Shown piece by piece: positions 47,301 through 60,869 of a stretch of DNA of 64,000 nt (positions are counted from its first letter, which is position 1; every line of letters begins with the position of its first letter). Source of the stretch: Eledone cirrhosa (lineage: Eukaryota); NCBI GenBank assembly GCA_964016885.1, contig OZ024743.1, positions 373,426,001 through 373,490,000 on the forward strand. The letters are read 5' to 3'. Made by a program: the position numbers and the translations under genes. The notes below the pieces were generated by a model that made no database searches, was not told the origin of the DNA, and saw nothing but the letters and a program-made list of their open reading frames with translations.

Positions 47301-50300
47301 CACATTAACTGTCCATACCTTTCGTCTATCTCTTTCACAACATTACATGCCCATACCTTTGGTCTATCTCTTTCACAACATTACATGCCCATACCTTTGG
47401 TCTATCTCTTTCACATTACATGTCCATACCTTTGGTCTATCTCTTTCACATTAGATGTCCATACCTTTGGTCTATCTCTTCCACATTACATGCCCATACC
47501 TTTGGTCTATCTCTTTCACATTACATGTCCATACCTTTGGTCTATCTCTTTCACATTAGATGTCCATACCTTTGGTCTATCTCTTTCACATTAGATGTCC
47601 ATACCTTTGGTCTATCTCTTTCACATTAGATCTCCATACCTTTCGTCTATCTGTTTCACAACATTAGATGTCCATACCTTTGGTCTATCTCTTTCACATT
47701 ACATGTCCATACCTTTGGTCTATCTCTTTCACATTACATATCCATACCTTTGGTCTATCTCTTTCACATTAGATGTCCATACCTTTGGTCTATCTCTTTC
47801 ACATTAGATGTCCATACCTTTGGTCTATCTCTTTCACAACATTACATGCCCATATCTTTGGTCTATCTCTTCCACATTACATGTCCATACCTTTGGTCTA
47901 TCTCTTTCACATTACATGTCCAGACCTTTGGTCTATCTCTTTCACATTAGATGTCCATACCTATGGTCTATCTCTTTCACAACATTACATGTCCATACCT
48001 TTGGTCTATCTCTTTCACATTACATGCCCACACCTTTGGTCTATCTCTTTCACATTACATGTCCATACCTTTGGTTTATCTCTTTCACATTACATGCCCA
48101 TACCTTTGGTCTATCTCTTTCACATTAGATGTCCATACCTTTGGTCTATCTCTTTCACAACATTACATGTCCATACCTTTGGTCTATCTCTTTCACATTA
48201 CATGCCCATACATTTGGTCTATCCCTTTCACATTACATGTCCATACCTTTGGTCTATCTCTTTCACATTAAATGTCCATACCTTTGGTCTATCTCTTTCA
48301 CAACATTACATGCCCATACCTTTGGTCTATCTCTTTCACATTACATGTCCATACCTTTGGTCTATCTCTTCCACATTACATGTCCATACCTTTGGTCTAT
48401 CTCTTTCACATTAAATGTCCATACCTTTGGTCTATCTCTTTCACAACATTACATGTCCATACCTTTGGCCTATCTCTTTCACATTACATACCCATACCTT
48501 TGGTCTATCTCTTTCACAACATTACATGCCCATAGCTTTGGTCTATCTCTTTCGCAACACTACATGTCCATACCTTTGGTCTATCTCTTTCACATTACAT
48601 GTCCATACCTTTGGTCTATCTCTTTCACATTAGATGTCCATACCTATGGTCTATCTCTTTCACAACATTACATGTCCATACCTTTGGTCTATCTCTTTCA
48701 CATTACATGCCCATACCTTTGGTCTATCTCTTTCACATTACATGTCCATACCTTTGGTTTATCTCTTTCACATTACATGCCCATACCTTTGGTCTATCTC
48801 TTTCACATTAGATGTCCATACCTTTGGTCTATCTTTCACATTAGATGTCCATACCTTTGGTCTATCTCTTTCACATTACATGTCCATACCTTTGGTCTAT
48901 CTCTTTCACATTACATGCCGATACATTTGGTCTATCTCTTTCACATTACATGTCCATACCTTTGGTCTATCTCTTTCGCATTAAATGTCCATACCTTTCG
49001 TCTATCTCTTTCACAACATTAGATGTCCATACCTTTGGTCTATCTCTTTCACATTACATGTCCATACCTTTGGTCTATCTCTTCCACATTACATGTCCAT
49101 ACCTTTGGTCTATCTCTTTCACATTAGATGTCCATACCTTCGGTCTATCTTTCACATTAGATGTCCATACCTTTGGCCTATCTCTTTCACATTACATGTC
49201 CATACCTTTGGTCTATCTCTTTCACATTACATACCCATACCTTTGGTCTATCTCTTTCACAACATTACATGCCAATAGCTTTGGTCTATCTCTTTCGCAA
49301 CACTACATGTCCATACCTTTGGTCTATCTCTTTCACATTACATGTCCATACCTTTGGTCTATCTCTTCCACATTACATGTCCATACCTTTGGTCTATCTC
49401 TTTCACATTACATGTCCATACCTTTGGTCTATCTCTTTCACATTAGATGTCCATCCCTATGGTCTATCTCTTTCACAACATTACATGTCCATACCTTTGG
49501 TCTATCTCTTTCACATTACATGCCCATACCTTTGGTCTATCTCTTTCACATTACATGTCCATACCTTTGGTTTATCTCTTTCACATTACATGCCCATACC
49601 TTTGGTCTATCTCTTTCACATTAGATGTCCATACCTTTGGTCTATCTCTTTCACAACATTACATGTCCATACCTTTGGTCTATCTCTTTCACATTACATG
49701 CCCATACATTTGGTCTATCCCTTTCACATTACATGTCCATACCTTTGGTCTATCTCTTTCACATTAACTGTCCATACCTTTCGTCTATCTCTTTCACAAC
49801 ATTACATGCCCATACCTTTGGTCTATCTCTTTCACAACATTACATGCCCATACCTTTGGTCTATCTCTTTCACATTACATGTCCATACCTTTGGTCTATC
49901 TCTTTCACATTAAATGTCCATACCTTTGGTCTATCTCTTTCACAACATTACATGTCCATACCTTTGGTCTATCTCTTTCACATTAAATGTCCATACCTTT
50001 GGTCTATCTCTTTCACAACATTACATGTCCATACCTTTGGTCTATCTCTTCCACATTACATGTCCATACCTTTGGTCTATCTCTTTCACATTATATGTCC
50101 ATACCTTCGGTCTATCTTTCACATTAGATGTCCATACCTTTGGCCTATCTCTTTCACATTACATGTCCATACCTTTGGTCTATCTCTTTCACATTACATA
50201 CCAATACCTTTGGTCTATCTCTTTCACAACATTACATGCCAATAGCTTTGGTCTATCTCTTTCGCAACACTACATGTCCATACCTTTGGTCTATCTCTTT

Positions 50301-53300
50301 CACATTACATGTCCATACCTTTGGTCTATCTCTTCCACATTACATGTCCATACCTTTGGTCTATCTCTTTCACATTACATGTCCATACCTTTGGTCTATC
50401 TCTTTCACATTAGATGTCCATACCTATGGTCTATCTCTTTCACAACATTACATGTCCATACCTTTGGTCTATCTCTTTCACATTACATGCCCATACCTTT
50501 GGTCTATCTCTTTCACATTACATGTCCATACCTTTGGTTTATCCCTTTCACATTACATGCCCATACCTTTGGTCTATCTCTTTCACATTAGATGTCCATA
50601 CCTTTGGTCTATCTCTTTCACAACATTACATGTCCATACCTTTGGTCTATCTCTTTCACATTACATGCCCATACATTTGGTCTATCCCTTTCACATTACA
50701 TGTCCATACCTTTGGTCTATCTCTTTCACATTAACTGTCCATACCTTTCGTCTATCTCTTTCACAACATTACATGCCCATACCTTTGGTCTATCTCTTTC
50801 ACAACATTACATGCCCATACCTTTGGTCTATCTCTTTCACATTACATGTCCATACCTTTGGTCTATCTCTTTCACATTAGATGTCCATACCTTTGGTCTA
50901 TCTCTTCCACATTACATGCCCATACCTTTGGTCTATCTCTTTCACATTACATGTCCATACCTTTGGTCTATCTCTTTCACATTAGATGTCCATACCTTTG
51001 GTCTATCTCTTTCACATTAGATGTCCATACCTTTGGTCTATCTCTTTCACATTAGATCTCCATACCTTTCGTCTATCTGTTTCACAACATTAGATGTCCA
51101 TACCTTTGGTCTATCTCTTTCACATTACATGTCCATACCTTTGGTCTATCTCTTTCACATTACATATCCATACCTTTGGTCTATCTCTTTCACATTAGAT
51201 GTCCATACCTTTGGTCTATCTCTTTCACATTAGATGTCCATACCTTTGGTCTATCTCTTTCACAACATTACATGCCCATATCTTTGGTCTATCTCTTCCA
51301 CATTACATGTCCATACCTTTGGTCTATCTCTTTCACATTACATGTCCAGACCTTTGGTCTATCTCTTTCACATTAGATGTCCATACCTATGGTCTATCTC
51401 TTTCACAACATTACATGTCCATACCTTTGGTCTATCTCTTTCACATTACATGCCCACACCTTTGGTCTATCTCTTTCACATTACATGTCCATACCTTTGG
51501 TTTATCTCTTTCACATTACATGCCCATACCTTTGGTCTATCTCTTTCACATTAGATGTCCATACCTTTGGTCTATCTCTTTCACAACATTACATGTCCAT
51601 ACCTTTGGTCTATCTCTTTCACATTACATGCCCATACATTTGGTCTATCCCTTTCACATTACATGTCCATACCTTTGGTCTATCTCTTTCACATTAAATG
51701 TCCATACCTTTGGTCTATCTCTTTCACAACATTACATGCCCATACCTTTGGTCTATCTCTCTCACATTACATGTCCATACCTTTGGTCTATCTCTTCCAC
51801 ATTACATGTCCATACCTTTGGTCTATCTCTTTCACATTAAATGTCCATACCTTTGGTCTATCTCTTTCACAACATTACATGTCTATACCTTTGGCCTATC
51901 TCTTTCACATTACATGTCCATACTTTTGGTCTAACTCTTTCACATTACATACCCATACCTTTGGTCTATCTCTTTCACAACATTACATGCCCATAGCTTT
52001 GGTCTATCTCTTTCGCAACACTACATGTCCATACCTTTGGTCTATCTCTTTCACATTACATGTCCATACCTTTGGTCTATCTCTTTCACATTACATGTCC
52101 ATACCTTTGGTCTATCTCTTTCACATTACATGTCCATACCTTTGGTCTATCTCTTTCACGTTACATGTCCATACCTTTGGTCTATCTCTTTCACATTACA
52201 TGCCCATACCTTTGGTCTATCTCTTTCACATTAGATGTCCATACCTTCGGTCTATCTTTCACATTAGATGTCCATACCTTTGGCCTATCTCTTTCACATT
52301 ACATGTCCATACCTTTGGTCTATCTCTTTCACATTACATCCCCATACCTTTGGTCTATCTCTTTCACAACATTACATGCCCATACCTTTGATCTATCTCT
52401 TTCACAACATTACATGCCCATACCTTTGGTCTATCTCTTTCACAACATTACATTCCCATACCTTTGGTCTATCTCTTTCACATGAGATGTCCATACCTTT
52501 AGTGTATCTGTTTCACAACATTACATGCCCATACCTTTGGTCTATCTCTTTCACATTACATGTCCATACCTTTGGTCTATCTCTTTCACATTAGAGGTCC
52601 ATACCTTTGGTCTATCTCTTTCACTTAAATGTCGATACCTTTGGTCTATCTCTTTCACAACATTACATGCCCATACCTTTGGTCTATCTCTTTCACATTA
52701 GATCTCCATACCTTTGGTCTATCTCTTTCACTTAAATGTCGATACCTTTGGTCTATCTCTTTCACAACATTACATGCCCATACCTTTGGTCTATCTCTTT
52801 CACATTAGATGTCCATACCATTGGTCTATCTCTTTCACAACATTACATGCCCATACCTTTGGTCTATCTCTTTCACAACATTACATGTCCATACCTTTGG
52901 TCTAGCTCTTTCACATTAGATGTCCATACCTTTGGTCTATCTCTTTCACATTAGATGTCCATACCTTTGGTCTATCTCTTTCACATTAGATGCCCATACC
53001 TTTGGTCTATCTCTTTCACGTTAGATGTCGATACCTTTGGTCTATCTCTTTCACAACATTACATGCCCATACCTTTGGTCTATCTCTTTCACATTAGATG
53101 TCCATACCATTGGTCTATCTCTTTCACAACATTACATGCCCATACCTTTGGTCTATCTCTTTCACAACATTACATGCCCATACCTTTGGTCTATCTCTTT
53201 CACATTAGATGTCCATACCATTGGTCTATCTCTTTCACAACATTACATGCCCATACCTTTGGTCTATCTCTTTCACAACATTACATGCCCATAGCTTTGG

Positions 53301-56300
53301 TCTATCTCTTTCGCAACACTACATGTCCATACCTTTGGTCTATCTCTTTCACATTACATGTCCATACCTTTGCTCTATCTCTTTCACATTACATGTCCAT
53401 ACCTTTGGTCTATCTCTTTCACATTACATGTCCATACCTTTGGTCTATCTCTTTCACATTACATGTCCATACCTTTGGTCTATCTCTTCCACATTACATG
53501 TCCATACCTTTGGTCTATCTCTTCCACATTACATGTCCATACCTTTGGTCTATCTCTTTCACAACATTACATGTCCATACCTTTGGTCTATCTCTTTCAC
53601 ATTACATGCCCATACCTTTGGTCTATCTCTTTCACATTACATGTCCATACCTTTGGTTTATCTCTTTCACATTACATGCCCATACCTTTGGTCTATCTCT
53701 TTCACATTAGATGTCCATACCTTTGGTCTATCTCTTTCACAACATTACATGTCCATACCTTTGGTCTATCTCTTTCACATTACATGCCCATACATTTGGT
53801 CTATCCCTTTCACATTACATGTCCATACCTTTGGTCTATCTCTTTCACATTAACTGTCCATACCTTTCGTCTATCTCTTTCACAACATTACATGCCCATA
53901 CCTTTGGTCTATCTCTTTCACAACATTACATGCCCATACCTTTGGTCTATCTCTTTCACATTACATGTCCATACCTTTGGTCTATCTCTTTCACATTAGA
54001 TGTCCATACCTTTGGTCTATCTCTTCCACATTACATGCCCATACCTTTGGTCTATCTCTTTCACATTACATGTCCATACCTTTGGTCTATCTCTTTCACA
54101 TTAGATGTCCATACCTTTGGTCTATCTCTTTCACATTAGATGTCCATACCTTTGGTCTATCTCTTTCACATTAGATCTCCATACCTTTCGTCTATCTGTT
54201 TCACAACATTAGATGTCCATACCTTTGGTCTATCTCTTTCACATTACATGTCCATACCTTTGGTCTATCTCTTTCACATTACATATCCATACCTTTGGTC
54301 TATCTCTTTCACATTAGATGTCCATACCTTTGGTCTATCTCTTTCACATTAGATGTCCATACCTTTGGTCTATCTCTTTCACAACATTACATGCCCATAT
54401 CTTTGGTCTATCTCTTCCACATTACATGTCCATACCTTTGGTCTATCTCTTTCACATTACATGTCCATACCTTTGGTCTATCTCTTTCACATTAGATGTC
54501 CATACCTATGGTCTATCTCTTTCACAACATTACATGTCCATACCTTTGGTCTATCTCTTTCACATTACATGCCCATACCTTTGGTCTATCTCTTTCACAT
54601 TACATGTCCATACCTTTGGTTTATCTCTTTCACATTACATGCCCATACCTTTGGTCTATCTCTTTCACATTAGATGTCCATACCTTTGGTCTATCTCTTT
54701 CACAACATTACATGTCCATACCTTTGGTCTATCTCTTTCACATTACATGCCCATACATTTGGTCTATCCCTTTCACATTACATGTCCATACCTTTGGTCT
54801 ATCTCTTTCACATTAAATGTCCATACCTTTGGTCTATCTCTTTCACAACATTACATGCCCATACCTTTGGTCTATCTCTCTCACATTACATGTCCATACC
54901 TTTGGTCTATCTCTTCCACATTACATGTCCATACCTTTGGTCTATCTCTTTCACATTAAATGTCCATACCTTTGGTCTATCTCTTTCACAACATTACATG
55001 TCCATACCTTTGGCCTATCTCTTTCACATTACATGTCCATACTTTTGGTCTAACTCTTTCACATTACATACCCATACCTTTGGTCTATCTCTTTCACAAC
55101 ATTACATGCCCATAGCTTTGGTCTATCTCTTTCGCAACACTACATGTCCATACCTTTGGTCTATCTCTTTCACATTACATGTCCATACCTTTGGTCTATC
55201 TCTTTCACATTACATGTCCATACCTTTGGTCTATCTCTTTCACATTACATGTCCATACCTTTGGTCTATCTCTTTCACGTTACATGTCCATACCTTTGGT
55301 CTATCTCTTTCACATTACATGCCCATACCTTTGGTCTATCTCTTTCACATTAGATGTCCATACCTTCGGTCTATCTTTCACATTAGATGTCCATACCTTT
55401 GGCCTATCTCTTTCACATTACATGTCCATACCTTTGGTCTATCTCTTTCACATTACATCCCCATACCTTTGGTCTATCTCTTTCACAACATTACATGCCC
55501 ATACCTTTGATCTATCTCTTTCACAACATTACATGCCCATACCTTTGGTCTATCTCTTTCACAACATTACATTCCCATACCTTTGGTCTATCTCTTTCAC
55601 ATGAGATGTCCATACCTTTAGTGTATCTGTTTCACAACATTACATGCCCATACCTTTGGTCTATCTCTTTCACATTACATGTCCATACCTTTGGTCTATC
55701 TCTTTCACATTAGAGGTCCATACCTTTGGTCTATCTCTTTCACTTAAATGTCGATACCTTTGGTCTATCTCTTTCACAACATTACATGCCCATACCTTTG
55801 GTCTATCTCTTTCACATTAGATCTCCATACCTTTGGTCTATCTCTTTCACTTAAATGTCGATACCTTTGGTCTATCTCTTTCACAACATTACATGCCCAT
55901 ACCTTTGGTCTATCTCTTTCACATTAGATGTCCATACCATTGGTCTATCTCTTTCACAACATTACATGCCCATACCTTTGGTCTATCTCTTTCACAACAT
56001 TACATGTCCATACCTTTGGTCTAGCTCTTTCACATTAGATGTCCATACCTTTGGTCTATCTCTTTCACATTAGATGTCCATACCTTTGGTCTATCTCTTT
56101 CACATTAGATGCCCATACCTTTGGTCTATCTCTTTCACGTTAGATGTCGATACCTTTGGTCTATCTCTTTCACAACATTACATGCCCATACCTTTGGTCT
56201 ATCTCTTTCACATTAGATGTCCATACCATTGGTCTATCTCTTTCACAACATTACATGCCCATACCTTTGGTCTATCTCTTTCACAACATTACATGCCCAT

Positions 56301-56400
56301 ACCTTTGGTCTATCTCTTTCACATTAGATGTCCATACCATTGGTCTATCTCTTTCACAACATTACATGCCCATACCTTTGGTCTATCTCTTTCACAACAT
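34700..56400. repeat. Higher-order repeat domain of related 3.1-3.4-kb units; adjacent pairs form a 6.4-6.5-kb super-unit; contains internal ~967-bp tandem sub-duplications
   Basis: The marker monomer gatctccatacctttcgtctatctgttt occurs near 37810, 41231, 44546, 47629, 51055 and 54174 (spacings 3421, 3315, 3083, 3426, 3119). Pair offsets are 6398 (41731/48129), 6509 (45046/51555) and 6545 (47166/53711). The 967 offset appears at 35986/36953, 39337/40304, 42938/43905 and 49447/50414. Domain edges approximate. Confidence 0.85.
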
Positions 56401-59400
56401 TACATGCCCATACCTTTGCTCTATCTCTTTCACATTACATGTCCATACCTTTGGTCTATCTTTCACATTAGATGTCCATACCTTTGGTCTATCTCTTTCA
56501 CAACATTACATGCCCATAGCTTTGGTCTATCTCTTTCGCAACACTACATGTCCATACCTTTGGTCTATCTCTTTCACATTACATGTCCATACCTTTGGTC
56601 TATCTCTTTCACATTACATGTCCATACCTTTGGTCTATCTCTTTCACATTACATGTCCATACCTTTGGTCTATCTCTTTCACATTACATGTCCATACCTT
56701 TGGTCTATCTCTTCCACATTACATGTCCATACCTTTGGTCTATCTCTTCCACATTACATGTCCACACCTTTGGTCTATCTCTTTCACATTACATGTCCAT
56801 ACCTTTGGTCTCTCTCTTCCACATTACATGTCCATACCTTTGGTCTATCTCTTTCACATTACATGTCCATACCTTTGGTCTATCTCTTTCACATTACATG
56901 CCCATACCTTTGGTCTATCTCTTTCACATTAGATGTCCATACCTTCGGTCTATCTTTCACATTAGATGTCCATACCTTTGGCCTATCTCTTTCACATTAC
57001 ATGTCCATACCTTTGGTCTATCTCTTTCACATTACATACCCATACCTTTGGTCTATCTCTTTCACAACATTACATGACCATACCTTTGGTCTATCTCTTT
57101 CACAACATTACATGCCCATACCTTTGGTCTATCTCTTTCACAACATTACATTCCCATACCTTTGGTCTATCTCTTTCACATTACATGTCCATACCTTTGG
57201 TCTATCTCTTCCACATTACATGTCCATACCTTTGGTCTATCTCTTCCACATTACATGTCCATACCTTTGGTCTATCTCTTTCACATTAAATGTCCATACC
57301 TTTGGTCTATCTCTTTCACAACATTACATGCCCATACCTTTGGTCTATCTCTTTCACATTACATGTCCATACCTTTGGTCTATCTCTTCCACATTACATG
57401 TCCATACCTTTGGTCTATCTCTTTCACATTAAATGTCCATACCTTTGGTCTATCTCTTTCACAACATTACATGTCCATACCTTTGGCCTATCTCTTTCAC
57501 ATTACATGTCCATACCTTTGGTCTATCTCTTTCACATTACATACCCATACCTTAGGTCTATCTCTTTCACAACATTACATGCCCATAGCTTTGGTCTATC
57601 TCTTTCGCAACACTACATGTCCATACCTTTGGTCTATCTCTTTCACATTACATGTCCATACCTTTGGTCTATCTCTTTCACATTACATGTCCATACCTTT
57701 GGTCTATCTCTTTCACATTACATGTCCATACCTTTGGTCTATCTCTTTCACGTTACATGTCCATACCTTTGGTCTATCTCTTTCACATTACATGCCCATA
57801 CCTTTGGTCTATCTCTTTCACATTAGATGTCCATACCTTCGGTCTATCTTTCACATTAGATGTCCATACCTTTGGCCTATCTCTTTCACATTACATGTCC
57901 ATACCTTTGGTCTATCTCTTTCACATTACATACCCATACCTTTGGTCTATCTCTTTCACAACATTACATGCCCATACCTTTGATCTATCTCTTTCACAAC
58001 ATTACATGCCCATACCTTTGGTCTATCTCTTTCACAACATTACATTCCCATACCTTTGGTCTATCTCTTTCACATGAGATGTCCATACCTTTAGTGTATC
58101 TGTTTCACAACATTACATGCCCATACCTTTGGTCTATCTCTTTCACATTACATGTCCATACCTTTGGTCTATCTCTTTCACATTAGAGGTCCATACCTTT
58201 GGTCTATCTCTTTCACTTAAATGTCGATACCTTTGGTCTATCTCTTTCACAACATTACATGCCCATACCTTTGGTCTATCTCTTTCACATTAGATGTCCA
58301 TACCTTTGGTCTATCTCTTTCACTTAAATGTCGATACCTTTGGTCTATCTCTTTCACAACATTACATGCCCATACCTTTGGTCTATCTCTTTCACATTAG
58401 ATGTCCATACCATTGGTCTATCTATTTCACAACATTACATGCCCATACCTTTGGTCTATCTCTTTCACAACATTACATGTCCATACCTTTGGTCTAGCTC
58501 TTTCACATTAGATGTCCATACCTTTGGTCTATCTCTTTCACATTAGATGTCCATACCTTTGGTCTATCTCTTTCACATTAGATGCCCATACCTTTGGTCT
58601 ATCTCTTTCACGTTAGATGTCGATACCTTTGGTCTATCTCTTTCACAACATTACATGCCCATACCTTTGGTCTATCTCTTTCACATTAGATGTCCATACC
58701 ATTGGTCTATCTCTTTCACAACATTACATGCCCATACCTTTGGTCTATCTCTTTCACAACATTACATGCCCATACCTTTGGTCTATCTCTTTCACATTAG
58801 ATGTCCATACCATTGGTCTATCTCTTTCACAACATTACATGCCCATACCTTTGGTCTATCTCTTTCACAACATTACATGCCCATACCTTTGCTCTATCTC
58901 TTTCACATTACATGTCCATACCTTTGGTCTATTTTTCACATTAGATGTCCATACCTTTGGTCTATCTCTTTCACAACATTACATGCCCATAGCTTTGGTC
59001 TATCTCTTTCGCAACACTACATGTCCATACCTTTGGTCTATCTCTTTCACATTACATGTCCATACCTTTGGTCTATCTCTTTCACATTACATGTCCATAC
59101 CTTTGGTCTATCTCTTTCACATTACATGTCCATACCTTTGGTCTATCTCTTTCACATTACATGTCCATACCTTTGGTCTATCTCTTCCACATTACATGTC
59201 CATACCTTTGGTCTATCTCTTCCACATTACATGTCCATACCTTTGGTCTATCTCTTTCACATTACATGTCCATACCTTTGGTCTCTCTCTTCCACATTAC
59301 ATGTCCATACCTTTGGTCTATCTCTTTCACATTACATGTCCATACCTTTGGTCTATCTCTTTCACATTACATGCCCATACCTTTGGTCTATCTCTTTCAC

Positions 59401-59959
59401 ATTAGATGTCCATACCTTCGGTCTATCTTTCACATTAGATGTCCATACCTTTGGCCTATCTCTTTCACATTACATGTCCATACCTTTGGTCTATCTCTTT
59501 CACATTACATACCCATACCTTTGGTCTATCTCTTTCACAACATTACATGACCATACCTTTGGTCTATCTCTTTCACAACATTACATGCCCATACCTTTGG
59601 TCTATCTCTTTCACAACATTACATTCCCATACCTTTGGTCTATCTCTTTCACATTACATGTCCATACCTTTGGTCTATCTCTTCCACATTACATGTCCAT
59701 ACCTTTGGTCTATCTCTTCCATATTACATGTCCATACCTTTGGTCTATCTCTTTCACATTAAATGTCCATACCTTTGGTCTATCTCTTTCACAACATTAC
59801 ATGCCCATACCTTTGGTCTATCTCTTTCACATTACATGTCCATACCTTTGGTCTATCTCTTCCACATTACATGTCCATACCTTTGGTCTATCTCTTTCAC
59901 ATTAAATGTCCATACCTTTGGTCTATCTCTTTCACAACATTACATGTCCATACCTTTGG
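54774..59959. repeat. Tandem duplication, period 2,473 bp, with scattered point differences
   Basis: Offsets 55179/57652, 55387/57860, 56074/58547, 56966/59439 and 57290/59763 = 2473. The shared cctttgctctatc variant occurs near 56418 and 58891. Confidence 0.88.
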
Positions 59960-60718
59960 TCTATCTCTTTCACATTAGATGTCCATACCTTCGGTCTATC
60001 TTCCACATTAGATGTCCATACCTTTGGCCTATCTCTTTCACATTACATGTCCATACCTTTGGTCTATCTCTTTCACATTACATACCCATACCTTTGGTCT
60101 ATCTCTTTCACAACATTACATGACCATACCTTTGGTCTATCTTTTTCACAACATTACATGCCCATACCTTTGGTCTATCTCTTTCACAACATTACATTCC
60201 CATACCTTTGGTCTATCTCTTTCACATTAGATGTCCATACCTTTGGTCTATCTCTTTCACATTAGATGTCCATACCTTTCGTCTATCTGTTTCACAACAT
60301 TAGATGTCCATACCTTTGGTCTATCTCTTTCACATTAGATGTCCATACCTTTGGTCTATCTCTTTCACATTACATGTCCATACCTTTGGTCTATCTCTTT
60401 CACATTAGATGTCCATACCTTCGGTCTATCTTTCACATTAGATGTCCATACCTTTGGCCTATCTCTTTCACATTACATGTCCATACCTTTGGTCTATCTC
60501 TTTCACATTACATACCCATACCTTTGGTCTATCTCTTTCACAACATTACATGACCATACCTTTGGTCTATCTTTTTCACAACATTACATGCCCATACCTT
60601 TGGTCTATCTCTTTCACAACATTACATTCCCATACCTTTGGTCTATCTCTTTCACATTAGATGTCCATACCTTTGGTCTATCTCTTTCACATTAGATGTC
60701 CATACCTTTCGTCTATCT
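59937..60718. repeat. Short tandem duplication, period 430 bp (second copy partial)
   Basis: Offsets 60012/60442 and 60266/60696 = 430. The private variant ctatctttttcacaac occurs at ~60141 and ~60571. Confidence 0.85.
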
Positions 60719-60869
60719 CTTTCACAACATTACATGTCCATACCTTTGGTCTATCTCTTTCACATTACATGCCCATACCTTTGGTCTATCTCTTTCACAT
60801 TACATGTCCATACCTTTGGTTTATCTCTTTCACATTACATGCCCATACCTTTCGTCTATCTCTTTCACA

